The notes under the pieces are model-generated. The model saw nothing but the letters and a program-made list of their open reading frames with translations. It did no database searches and was not told where the DNA came from. A DNA stretch of 64,000 bases from Chrysomallon squamiferum (lineage: Eukaryota > Animalia > Mollusca): the NCBI GenBank assembly GCA_012295275.1, contig CM022665.1, forward strand, positions 31,930,001 to 31,994,000, read 5' to 3'. Shown one piece after another: positions 43,201-55,800 of the stretch. Each line of letters starts with the position of its first letter. The stretch's first letter is position 1. The translations under genes and the position numbers were made by a program.

Positions 43201-45509
43201 AAATGTACATATTAGAAATTTGCAGTTCATTTTTTCAATGTATCTTGTTTTGTTTTTTTTGGTCTTCCTGGTTCACTTTATATATCATTATTATAAAGGC
43301 TTCAACAATATTTCTCAATGCATCACTCAGATGATGGGTTCAATCCTCTTCAGTGGCTTGTTATTTGCCACTGTATACTTTCAGTATGATTTTAATTATT
43401 TCCATGACTCAAGCTTGCTGGGTTTCAAGATCAGTCCTTCATACTGTGCCTTTTATCTAATATCTCATTTAAGCAAATATATCATGAATGATGTAGAAAA
43501 AAGCTGTGGTATGTTCAATCCTGTCTGTGGAAAGATATATAAAAGAATTTCTTGCTGATAACAAGTAAGAATAGTTTATAGAATGTTGCATCAGATTTCC
43601 TCTCTTATTGGTTCATTAGTTTACCTGATAAATATTTTTTATATATATATTATATTAATTAATTTATAGTATAATATTTTTATATTAAAAACATCAACAA
43701 TATATGCCACTGTACACTTTCAGTATGATTAACTGTAATTACAAATTTGTGTTTGCTGGTTGGTTTCTTTCTTTATTTTGTTTGGATTTCATTCTTTTTT
43801 GGACTGGTGTATTTTGGACTCAATTTTCTTGCAACACAAACTAAAGCCCATCCTTCAAACAAAATTTCTATTGATGGAACTAGTGGAAAAAATTCCAAAA
43901 TTAACTTGTTCCTTATTTATACAATTTCCTTTTCCTTTCCCTGTACAATGTAAACCAATGTTGACCAAGTTTCCTCATATAACCTATTTGTTAATTGTAC
44001 TGCCCCACTTTCTTAATCTGATTGGTCCATATCGATGGCTCTTTAGAAAAAAAGTCAGATTTGTCCCTATCAGTGACTCTGTTAGAAATAAGTTAGATAA
44101 AACCATATGGTTCACTGAATATAACTGAAGCACTAATGGCTACAAAGGGAGTAGTGAATGTTTCACTGGACTTCAAATGAACACTACTAATGTTATAGCT
44201 TCCTTTGGTCTAAGACAGATTAGCACTTTCCTAACAGATAAAATAGGTTGATGAAGTAAATGACATTTACATTTTTGACACAGTGAATAAGGCATCACTA
44301 AAAAGAGAAATGTGCTTTGCTTTGAAGAAGAAAAAGAAGAAGGTGGTGTATATATGTAACATAAAACAGGAATATATCTTTATAGCATGTCATTTTGTAA
44401 AAAAAAAAAAAAAAAAAAAGTGTTTTTTGATTTTCAGAGTATCTGCATTAAAAATAATAATAATAATTTTTTGTGTAGACAAAGAAATACATTTTTACAA
44501 ATAAATGTAAGTTGTGAATAAAATTATGTGTAATAACATCTCAAGATTTTTTCTTATTAATGGTTACTAAGAGTCAGTCTTACACCTTTTGTATAATAAT
44601 AATGATAATAATATGAAACAAGAAACCATCTCCCACATTTTATGTTTTGCTGTTGTCAGTTAGCTAGACATATCTTTAAATGCACCTTTCCAGAGACAGT
44701 AAAGTAGAAACCATGGACTTGATCGGTTATAACAAGTATTTATGCAAATATTAGTAGATTCAAGATCCAAGATACCAGCTGGTCACTGACAAACTATTAA
44801 CAATATAACACAGCTGTAGTTATTCCTAAAGCTGGATCTATCAGTTAAATATCATCATGAACTTTTCCCTTTGTTTTTGATGTAGCACTCAAAGTGCATA
44901 GAAGAGAAAATCAAACAGCCCATAGACACATTTGATCCTGTGACCCATCAAGCCTGAAGCAAGTGTTTCTCCACCAAACTACAACCTACTCCTTGGTGAA
45001 GTGTAAAACAGTGTTTTGTTAATGTTAACATGTCACTTTCTGCAGTTTTCTAAGCTTTTAACAATTTCTAAGAAATAAATCAATTTCTTTTTACCCTGGG
45101 GATCCAAAATGACAATGAAATGAACCCTGAATCAAACTGATTAGCTTTTTCTGAGAGTGTTAAGTGCTGTTTTTAATCATTTTTACAAGTCCCTGCTGGG
45201 CACATTCCCATATAGTTCATCAAACATTTATATTTTTAATTTAAACATTAATACAAAAGTGTGCATACATTTGTGATTAAAAAAAAATATTCCTATGAAA
45301 AAAAATTGGTTTAAAGTTAAGAATTTCTTCTTCTTTTTTCTCTTTTTTTTTTTTTTTTTTTACAGAAATAGGAACTATTTTGAAAGTTCAGGAAATAATT
45401 AACAGTTTAATTAACAGTGAAGACACTTTTATAAGTTATTAAAAGTTTATTAAGTGTCTAGATTGTTGTTTTGTTTATTTTTTCCAGGGTTTCTTGTTGT
45501 TTTTTTTAT

Positions 45510-45511
<2 letters not shown>

Positions 45512-45547
<36 letters not shown>
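45512..45547. repeat. (CA)n microsatellite
   Basis: Seen directly. Confidence 0.95.
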
Positions 45548-45552
<5 letters not shown>

Positions 45553-45819
45553 GAAGAAATATATTGTTGTCATTTCATGGACAACTTTTATCCATTATCA
45601 GTTACAAAGAACCTTTCCTAGAAAACATATCATTGATAGGAAAGCATATACAGTAACATATCTGTTACAGGATACTGGGCTTGATTGGGAAAAAATCTAA
45701 AGTATAAACTATTACTAGTCAGATAAGTTTTCTATTCCTAAATTATATTCTGCTTGCATGCAAACAAATAATAAATAACACTTCAAGAAAAAAGTATAAA
45801 ATATCACTTGATATATAAG

Positions 45820-46090
45820 TACCACTGATTTACAGCTTATTCCTACAGAAAACAAATATGTAATACCCCCCCAAAAAGTATACACCAACTATATACATAC
45901 TCAACCAGTGTCATAGAGCCCATTCCCACAGAATAGTAGGTATACACTGTTGCTAACTATATAGTACTCTACCAGTGACTTATAGCCTACTCCTACAGAA
46001 AAAAGATATATACTACCCAAGAGAAGGTGTACACTATCACTAACTATACAAGTACTCCACTGACACATTACAGCCTACTCCTACCATGGA
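45820..46090. repeat. Four diverged tandem copies of a ~70-90 bp unit
   Basis: TACAGCCTACTCCTACAGAA-like marker near 45831, 45913, 45981 and 46069. Confidence 0.7.
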
Positions 46091-47041
46091 GAGACCTTAA
46101 ATTGATAGACTAAGCTGTAGAACTACAATAAATCCTCTTAACTGTTTACAGATAGCTTATTTTCTAATTCCCAAATCAAGAAATTCTGACAAGAAGAGTA
46201 ACTGGTTATGTCAGACTTAACACAGGATGGATATGCCTGAACCATTAACAATATTGGTACATACATTATATTAGTTAATATTTGTGTCAGTGTCAGTGGC
46301 AGTGACCAAGACCACTGAGTGATAATTAAGAAGATTATGTCTTATGGTGAGAACTAAGCCTGGAGTTATATGAGGAGGTATAATATAAACTCTGTTATTC
46401 ATTTATAGTAAAATTGTGCTAACTCTGTTAATGTTATAGTTAGCTAAAGACAGATAAGAAATATGAATAAGATCTTTTGAAATATACTGAACTGTGTGAT
46501 TTATTTTTAATCACTTAGCTATGTAATAAATGTTTATGTTACAGAAGTATTAATAATTTACTTTTTATCTAAGTATGTAGGCCTATATCTTTTACTTTTA
46601 TATTTTCCATTTATTATAATTGTTCCATATAAATATTACTGGTACTTTCAGATATTATGTCCAGGTTAATTAATTAACAAGGTCTTTAAGCTAAAACTAC
46701 TTTATAGCATGCTTTAATAATAAATTCCTTATTTTATTCATGGCCATTTTCTGCTTTTATATTTCCTGTAACTGTTGTACTTGAACATGAAATTTAGGAA
46801 TGCTGTTGTTTAATTTATTATGCCCAGTTTACTATAAATTGTTCTCAATTAAAAATCATTTCTTATAATTTACAAATGAATACAAATATATACATATCAT
46901 TGTTCTAGCAAATTACAGACATCCATATGGACATTAGAAAAGCTACAATTTAATTAGTATGCTGAGTTTAAATAAAATTTTATTTATTTAAGTAAAAACT
47001 ATTTCTTACAGCAGAATAAGACAAATGCATGTGGATACATA

Positions 47042-47856
47042 CCGTATATACTTGTGTACAAGGCGACCTTATGTATAAGTCGATGTGTATTTTAAGACCA
47101 AAAATTGCGTCATTTTAGGTATTACTTGTGTATAAGTCGACTGTAGATTCCAGGCACAGTCACTATTTTTAGACCAGTGTGACAGTGCCATGAAGGCCTA
47201 TATTGTACGCCTACTGTAACATAACTTGCACAAGCTGTAACTTGCACGAACATACCATAATAACGTAAATGCATGTATTACACGAGCTATAGCCTAAATG
47301 TATCATAAATAGTATCTCTTTAATGTAATAGGTCTAACATGGAGACCTAACTTACCGTTATATTTAGCCGTTCTATGATTTACTAAATTTTATGGCCATA
47401 GCCCTAAAATATTGTATATGATGCTATATTATTTCACCAAATTCTTTACAATTACACAAGTGAGTTTTGTTTATGAAATTAGGACCGATATTTAGTGCAA
47501 TTTGGCAGAGAAGTCTGCATTCCTAGATCACTGCAAGACGCCGTAAGGCATAACGCCGTACTGACGGTTTTCTCGCTTTAAAATGTATTTTTATGTCATT
47601 AAACGGAAGAATATCATGTTTTACATTCATATTTGGTTTTGTTATTTAATTTTTCAAAATGTTTTATATGATAAAATTATATTTTTGAAAAGCTGAAAGA
47701 CCGCGATTATTTTAGATGCATCCCGTAGCAAAAAATAGTCAAAATGGCGACTCTTCAGCAACAGCTACAAAAGCATTACCTATGTATAAGTCGACCCCCA
47801 AAATATTACCTTAATATAGTCTCCCAAAAATTCGACTTATACACAAGTATATACGG
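47042..47856. mobile_element. Non-autonomous Tc1/mariner-pogo superfamily MITE (CCGTA-ended, Tc2-like), 815 bp
   Basis: Left TIR CCGTATATACTTGTGTACAAGGCGA versus reverse complement of right end CCGTATATACTTGTGTATAAGTCGA (23/25). TA on both flanks (47040-41, 47857-58). Internal copies of TGTATAAGTCGA near 47072, 47129 and 47783. CpG-rich relative to flanks; no ORF. Confidence 0.9.
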
Positions 47857-50800
47857 TAATTTTTTTTATCAAACACAACCTACATCTTCTTTTCTTAAAA
47901 CAAGAACAGGTGTCAGTTAATGGCTGCAGACACTTTCAACCACACACATTTATCATTCTTTTACTTGACAAATTTACTGTAAAAATGTCAAAAATGTGTA
48001 TTTTATGAAGGAGGACAAAATAAACAGCCACCCAACACTTGTTTTGCTTCCCTCCTGTGTTCAGAACCCTTGTTGAAGAAGTGACAAATTACCACAGGTC
48101 TGTCTGTCAAATAGTCCTCTGAGAACCTTTCAGTGTTGAACTTTTTAAACATTTTTTCCACTGCGGTTATCTCATTGCAATCTCTTGGGAACAATTTTTT
48201 TTCCACATCAAGTAACCATTTGTCAATTCTTCATGACCAAAAAGTTGATGAGAAGTTAAGATATGTTTTGAAAAAGATTTCACAAATGTGAACATTTTCA
48301 TATATGCTGGCAATTATAAGAAAATTTACTGCATGGAGGAGATAAGAAAGCAATGAAAAAGAATATTAAAAAGGTTTGCAAAGAGGAAGGAAAAAATTAA
48401 TCTTAATATAAAGTCTTGAAAAGGACACAGGGGATATCAGAATAATAAAATTATCTCTAGTTATGATAAATCAGTATATATACATGTATTTACATATTTG
48501 TGTTTATGTGTGTATGTGTGTATGTGTGTGTGTATGTGTGTATGTGTGTGTGTTCATGTATGTGCACATATTTGGTATGTGTGTATGTACATTTGTACAT
48601 CTGTATTGATAGCTTGTATTTTTGTCTTAATAATATGATTCTGTTATTAAGTGAATGTGATCAAAACAGAATACAAATTTATCATCACAGTTTTAATATT
48701 TATACAGCAGACTCATTTATCTATTTTATCTCAGACAACAAACTGTTACAGTCTTTTCAAATATTACCCTTTTACTTATTACTTAGCAGAAATGGTGTCT
48801 AGATTTTTATTAACTCAGACATACAAACATAACAAAGATGCCACATGTATGCAGACTAAACCTGTCTAGATATCACAACATAAATCTGAACTGAGACAGA
48901 AAAAAAAAAAAAAGCAACAAATGTTTAGTATCAGCTCCTGGGGTCTCTTTCCTCACACTTGTTTCAATGTCTCGCTCCCTGACAGATAAAGTACAGATAT
49001 CTCCCTGGGCTGCTATGGTTGAACACATAATCTCCACCATCATACAAAAGATCCTTCATCTGGTCTGCTTCAGTGACAAGCATTTTACTGGAATCCTCTG
49101 TATCAAATATATGACCATCTGGCCTGACTTATGACCAAGTGATTCAAAGAGCAGGCTTTGATATGCTTGGTGAAGCAGTGATAAAGTCTGCTCTGATTTC
49201 TAATGACAGAAGTTATGAGTTTTCAGATATTGAAAAGTGTGAAGGGTAGGTTTGAAGGCATCACGTTTTCTTTTTTTTAATGTTAAAAAGATTCTTCTTG
49301 AACTGAAGCATTTTGCTTCTCAGTTATGATTGAGTGACACAGAGACCATGTTTGATGAACTTTTGTGATTATTCGTCTGTAAACAGTGTTCAGCTTAATT
49401 TAGTCTAGATCAAATTAGTTCAGTTTATTCAGTGCAGCTTAATTTATTTTAACAACTTATCATTCACACCCATAAGAAATCTGCACACACTCAAAAAGAA
49501 TCTTACACATACTCCTACAGAATACTTCAATATTCAAACAGTATCTTGCATATATCAATAAAGTATTCATCATAGAAAATCCAAAAAACAAACATAGAAT
49601 CCTACTTAGAGTCTTGCCATAACAGATGTTCAGTAAACAAGAGTTCTTGATAATAATGCCTGATGTTAAATCTTGCACAAATTAGAATTATTATTATTAT
49701 TTTTTTTTTAAATCTTTAATTAGAATGATGACTGTAAGAAGGTTTTAATCTTAAGCCACTTAATAACACAACATTCATCACATAAATTAACTCTCACCAT
49801 TAAAATTAGTGTATTAACATTTTAATGAGACTATCACATGACTATGTTTTTATCTGTTACTGTACAGAAGGATATTTCTGTGCCAGACACTTTGTAGCAA
49901 CTGATTTTGTCTTAATATAAGTTTCAGTTAAAGAAATAAACTACATCCATATCACTCTCTTGTTAAATAAAAATGTTAATTGTTAGGTTAAAAAAATATA
50001 TATATATAATTCTAAGACAGAAAACTTTAGAATCTGTCTTTAAAATCTGGCCAAGTTGTCAGTTGATTTAAAAATCTAGAAAACTTGTACTAGTTCAAGT
50101 AAATCAATAATGTCATCTTTCTAGCTGTTTTTTGGTGGTTTTGTTTTCTTTGTGTGCTATAAAGATATTCTTCTTATTCATTTTAATATTAATTTTATTG
50201 ATTGATTGATTGATTGATTTACTAGATACTGTACATATGAAATAATTTCATCATCATCACTAATATCATTATCAGTAAAAACATACCTTCTATAAGATTT
50301 TTTTTTTTTTTAATTATTATTATTATTAATATTATTATGCCCAAAGCATCCATAAAATATATCTTTGCATAAAACATTTTAAAAAAAAAGTCCAAAATTA
50401 GAAAAATCTTATGTTGAACTCTTTATCCTTGGTTAATCTAATCTGTTGTTGAAAGATCCTGTTCTTTCATTTATAACACAATAAACAAAACATCTCCACT
50501 CAAATAATCTTTGACTGTCTGGTTATAAAATACACCTTATCTTGTTTTGTTTATAACTTGTGTACTGATAACTGGCATTAATTTGTGACCCTTTAAACTG
50601 AAAAAAAGAACACTAATTTCATTGTCATATTTGGTAAAGTGCAAGAAATATCTTTGCTTCATATAATTTTGCAAAGAAAATAACACAATAATATATATAT
50701 ATATATTTCTCTAAGTTTGTGCCTTATATAATACTATAGTAACACTGGTGAAAATATATCTCATCCTGAGATTAACCATGTTTTATTTTATGTAACAGAA

Positions 50801-51051
50801 ATAATGAAAAAGAGATAGTTGGAAAAATAAGGGAGACAACTCTCTACACCTTATATTTGATTTAATTGACTTGCTTCACAGAAATCTGCTTATGAAAAAT
50901 AGCACAATAATTTGTTTTTATTTTTAAAATGATAATAGGATTTGAGCATATGTAAGTATATAAAATTAAAGACTGTTTATAAATGTAATTTTAAAAGTAT
51001 ATAAAAAATAATCTATATTTCAGGGTCAATATTATTATTTCTCTAGTTATT

Positions 51052-51392
51052 ATGGCACCGGAAAAAATGGATCTGAAAAACAAAATGTTGTTGGGGGGGG
51101 GGGAAATGGCACTTGGAAAAAATGGCACCTGGAAGAAATGGCACTGTGCTGATTTGGAAAAAATGGCATCTTATTTATTTTTTCTGTATAGTTGCTTTAA
51201 AAAACTTTTTAAATACAGTTTATTCGTGTAATATTGTTACATACATGTATATTTATATATAGCATCACTCAGCCACTTGGTTTTGCTTAACAAAATACAG
51301 AATTATATCAAGAGTTTCATATTACACATACACACACACATACATACATACATCTATATATATATATACACACACACACACAAACACATGTA

Positions 51393-51443
<51 letters not shown>

Positions 51444-51953
51444 AGGTATGTATGTGTGTGTATATATACACACACACACACACACAAACACACATATATA
51501 TATATGTATGTGTGTGTGTGTGTGTGTGTGTGTCCTCCAGAATATCATTCAGTCAGTTCAAACTTATATATGTACCCAATCACTGAATGATATTCTGGAG
51601 GATATTTTAACTGTATGAATGTACTAGTGCATCTATATACGCATGTAAGTAGACATATATGTATGTATGTATATGTATGAATATGTGTATCTATAGATGT
51701 GTGTGTTTGTATATACTTACAGTCATCATACACACACATCATATACACATATATATATATGATACATACACACACACACACATATATATATTTCTTATGC
51801 TATGTTTGAACTGACAGAATAATATCATTCTGGATGATATTTTAACTATGGTATGCATATTTACATTAGGTACATCTGTATGAATGTGTCTGTATGTATG
51901 AACATATTCGTTCATCTATGTACATGAGAAAGCATACATGTGTGTGTGTGTGC

Positions 51954-51984
<31 letters not shown>

Positions 51985-52216
51985 TGTATGTATATATATA
52001 TATATTTGTATGTGTGTGTATATGTGTAATATTAAACTCTGATATAATGCTGTACTTTATTAAGCAAAACCAAGTCGCTAAATGATGCTATATATTAATA
52101 TACATGTATGTAACAATACTGCATATAAAAACTTTATTTTCAAAGCAAATATACAGAAAAAATAAATAAAGTGCCGTTTTTTTCAAATCTGCACAGTGCA
52201 ATTTTTTCCTACAACC
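51052..52216. mobile_element. Foldback made of two inverted partial copies of an AAAAAATGGCAC-tipped element around a (CA/TG/TATG)n-rich core
   Basis: 51131-51330 (ggaagaaatggcactgtgctgatttgg...ccacttggttttgcttaacaaaatacag...gagtttcatattacacata) matches the reverse complement of 52021-52216. Several roughly 15-16 bp spaced AAATGGCAC motifs occur at 51052-51170. Confidence 0.8.
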
Positions 52217-52458
52217 GTGAAAACCAATGCGTTTATGATTTGTACTAGACACAACTCCACCCCATGTACAGCTTATTTCAGTGGCTCATCTTAAATAAAG
52301 ATTTCAATAACATGTTTTCTCCAAATTCTTTCTGAACTAATTAACAATAAAAGCTTATTCATAGAATATTTTCCATTTTAATAAAGAGATCATGAAAAGA
52401 AAAACAGGAAAGGTAGAATACTGAACAGATAAATGCTCAAATATTTATTTCTTTGTGT

Positions 52459-53293
52459 GAAGTGTAGGAAATAATGGCACAAGAAAAATTGGCATCAGAA
52501 AAAATGGCATTAGAAAAAAACGTCACATGCAAAAAATGGCACCTAGAAGAAATGGCACTTTGCAAATTTGGAAATTACAAGTAGTTGCTTTAAAAAACCA
52601 ACTTAACAGTACTTTTGAAAATACAGTTTATTCATACAATATTGCTACATACATACATACATGTGTATTAATATATAGCATCATTCAACCACTTGGTTTT
52701 GCTTAACAAAGTACATATACCAGAGTTTAATATCACAATTATCAGATTATTTTCACATTTAAAAATATAATATACATAGCATCACTCAACCTTGGTTTTG
52801 GTTACCATGAAGTTTCAAGCTGATGTTGTGACCTGCTCCTTGAAGGAGGTGCAATTATGAATTGTTTTTATAATCAGGATGCAACTGTTTATGCTATCAT
52901 GATCAAACACCAAGGGAATTATGTGATTGTGTGTGTATGTGTCTATATATACACACACATACGTACCTACATACATACATACATACACATACATACATAT
53001 ATGTATGCTTGCATGCATACATAGATGCACAAGTATGTTCATACAGATGTACCAAATTTTAATACATATACAATAGTTAAAATAGCCTTTAGAATGTTAT
53101 CATTCTGTCAATTCAAGCATGGTATAAGATAAATATATATATATGGGGAGTTATTTTTGGTTTACATTTGTTTTGACTGTTTAATTATAAACTGTCAACA
53201 ATTGTTAAATATGATATTAGTTGCAGATTATATTATTATTGATATTAAATCATTATGTCAAATGTTTTTCTGGTGCCATTTTTTCCACACTCC
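52459..53293 (+). mobile_element. Third, apparently complete copy of the AAAAAATGGCAC-tipped element (MULE/foldback-like MITE)
   Basis: Left end GAAGTGTAGGAAATAATGGCACAAGAAAA; right end reverse complement GGAGTGTGGAAAAAATGGCACCAGAAAA. Six tandem ATGGCAC-like motifs at 52470-52560. Internal blocks are shared with 51131-52216. Flanks ctttgtgt/attggtgt match 6/8, possibly a decayed TSD. Confidence 0.75.
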
Positions 53294-53610
53294 ATTGGTG
53301 TTTGTGCATGTGTGCATGTATGCATGGACATCCATGTTATGAGAGGAAATATCATGTCATTAAATAAAAAAAACTTATAAAATTATATTATATTCAGGAT
53401 AAGCAAAGAAGCAGATGACTTCCATCAGTTCCAACTACCACACTAACAAAACCACACACAGTCATAACGGCTTAGTCCCATTTGGTAGAATCCCATTTCG
53501 TAGAAAGGCTAAATGTGGTTCAGTGGTCTTATTGACATGTTTGGTTTTACCTCAGTCATTTTAATGAACTGCTCCAGATTATTTGGAAAGCGATTATTAT
53601 TGTATAAATA

Positions 53611-54271
53611 CAGTAACATCTCGCTTAACGATACCACGCTTTAACAATCTTTCTTCTTTACAAATTATATAAATAGAAATTTAATTTAATAGTTAATTGC
53701 TTGAAATAAATGATACAAATGTATACAGTGCATGTTTTTAAGTACTTTTTCTTTAATTTTTCGTTCATTCACGAGCTTCTCTCACTTGTGTTGATCAGTT
53801 GACACGTCATATGTGCATCTGATATTCTGATTCTCTTTTGTCTTCTGCTTCGATTTAGACTTAAACTTGTTTGTAATTTACCCTTCCAATATCTTAAAAC
53901 GAATAACAGTATACCGGCAAATGCTGATGATAAAAGAAACGGAAGATAATAACTTTAGAAACAAAATACATTATCTTAAATGAAACCAAAACCCACAATG
54001 AGCGGCATATACTTATTTCTTAATGTATTTGTATAAATTGATTTGTAAATGATTTACTGTTTATTTAATATCTACAATCTATTAAATCATTTATGTCTAA
54101 ACTGCCGTTTTATTTCTCCTTATTTCACCTTTTTTTATGATGTCAGATCTCATCAGCGAGAAAGTAACCACTGCTTTTAACCTTAATTCTATGTAAATTA
54201 GTCTCCCGCTTACCTCACTTAATTATTGGAAGTTTTGCAACCAATTACATCTTTAATCTGAGGTATTATTG
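53611..54271 (+). mobile_element. Tigger/pogo-like internally deleted element nested in the 53469-55303 element
   Basis: TA|CAGTAACATCTCGCTTAACG at left; right end reverse complement TA|CAATAATACCTCAGATTAAAG (degenerate CAGTA-type TIR). 53934-53984 (+) reads KKRKIITLETKYIILNE, resembling the N-terminal CENP-B/HTH start of Tigger transposases (KRKxITLExKxxII). Confidence 0.7.
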
Positions 54272-54875
54272 TAGTATGGATATTGCTTATCGCATAAAGT
54301 ATGCAAATATGACAAATATCGAAATAATCTATGTATCGAATATAGTGAATGTAAATAATTTAAAAAGAAGGTATTTATCTAAAAGTATTCCCAATGATTT
54401 GGTCCTTCGTATAAACATTTTCAGTCATAGCCAAAGTATTTGCAGGTCATAATATCTTTCGTGTACACACTATTAATATACTATGTCACATATATTGTAT
54501 AATATGTGCACAATCTGAATATGTATGTGTGCATAATGTAAATATGATCAGTAACAGATATCTTGTACATGTTTAAGCTGAATACGGTTGAATTCGAAAA
54601 GTTAATGATAAATGTAACGTTCAAATACTCTATTTACTGAATATAAGTAAATTACTCATATGTAAAATATGTTTTGTTAAAAATTATATTTGCTGAATTA
54701 GTTATTTATAATATTTTTGTTGTATTCTCTTACAGAAGCAAGCCATTTTTCTTTTCTTTCATTCTTTTTTCGTTTTGTATTTTAATAGATAGATGAAACT
54801 GATGTAAAATTGTTTATTATTGGTTGCTTGTTTTGTAACGGAAATGAAATGTTTATGAATTAGAAATGACCAGTT

Positions 54876-54887
54876 AAAAAAAAAAAA

Positions 54888-54933
<46 letters not shown>

Positions 54934-55075
54934 GTAACAGTAATTATAATAAGAAGAATAAGAAGAATAACAATAATAATAATAATAACAACAATAGTAA
55001 TAGTAATAATATATAATAATAATAATAATGTTGATGATGATAATGAGAAGGAGGAAGATGATGAAATAATGAAAA
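54876..55075. repeat. Poly-A plus (AAT)n expansion inside the 8-bp-TSD element
   Basis: Seen directly; explains the poly-Ile/poly-Tyr ORFs 54759-55094 and 54874-55083. Confidence 0.9.
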
Positions 55076-55409
55076 AGTAACAAATCAACAACAAATGAGT
55101 TGTGAATGCTTATTCTGCTTTCAGTTGATGTTACATAATCGATTTAGGAACAATGCGCTCCCCCTCTAAATGTTAGAAAGAAACCAGATGTATGCACAGG
55201 CCAAGTTCATTATATACAGAGGTAATCAGGTATTGCGGTAAACCAGGTTTTTCTACGAAATGGGAATTATACGAACTGGGAATCTACCAAATGGGAAGAC
55301 ACCGTCATAACTGTCTTGCTGGAATACCTGCTGATACTGTGTGTTGTCTGTTATAGGCTAACAACTTTTGTAAATATTGTCTTTAGTTAACTGGACATGC
55401 AGAAATCCC

Positions 55410-55800
55410 AAGTAACTAGCACTGGTATGATAAGACATACCCAAATATAAAATAACTAGCAATGGTATAATGGACAAACCAAACTGGCAATGGTATAATA
55501 GGACATACTATAAAACAAAATAATTAGCACTGCTGTTATGAAACAAACCACAATATGAAATAATTAGTAGCAGTATAACATAACAAAACATGAAATAACT
55601 AGCAGTGGTATAATGGGACATATCAAAACACCAAATAACAAGTAATGGTATAATAGCACATACTAAAATATGAAATAATTGGCAATGGTATAATGAAATA
55701 TACCAAAATATGAAATAACTAGCAGTGGCATAACAGAATATAATAAAATATAAAACAACTAGCAATGGGACACACCAAAATATGAAATAACAGGCAATGC
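55410..55800. repeat. Minisatellite, ~39 bp unit (AAAATATGAAATAACTAGCAATGGTATAATGGACATACC-like), about 11 copies
   Basis: AATAACTAGC-like marker near 55411, 55451, 55519, 55559, 55594, 55634, 55673, 55713, 55754 and 55786. Confidence 0.85.

Larger units (their letters stand above)
53469..55303. mobile_element. Non-autonomous DNA transposon with GG..CC ends, repeat-built TIRs and 8-bp TSD (MULE/foldback-like), 1835 bp
   Basis: Exact direct repeat GTCATAAC at 53461-53468 and 55304-55311. Left end GGCTTAGTCCCATTTGGTAGAATCCCATTTCGTAGAAA; right end reverse complement GGTGTCTTCCCATTTGGTAGATTCCCAGTTCGTATAATTCCCATTTCGTAGAAA. The superfamily assignment is an inference from the ends and TSD length. 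Confidence 0.85.

Noticed and set aside
43366-43730. Short duplication TGCCACTGTA(T/C)ACTTTCAGTATGATT near 43366 and 43705, and overlapping ORFs 43220-44128
   Set aside because: An isolated ~26-bp duplicate with no element structure; the ORFs have no recognisable homology or splice support.
55410-55800. The 39-bp periodic array (and the arrays at 843-1297, 2600-3070, 8028-9190) as CRISPR-like
   Set aside because: Whole units are homologous with no unique spacers, no cas genes are present, and the context is a eukaryotic intron.
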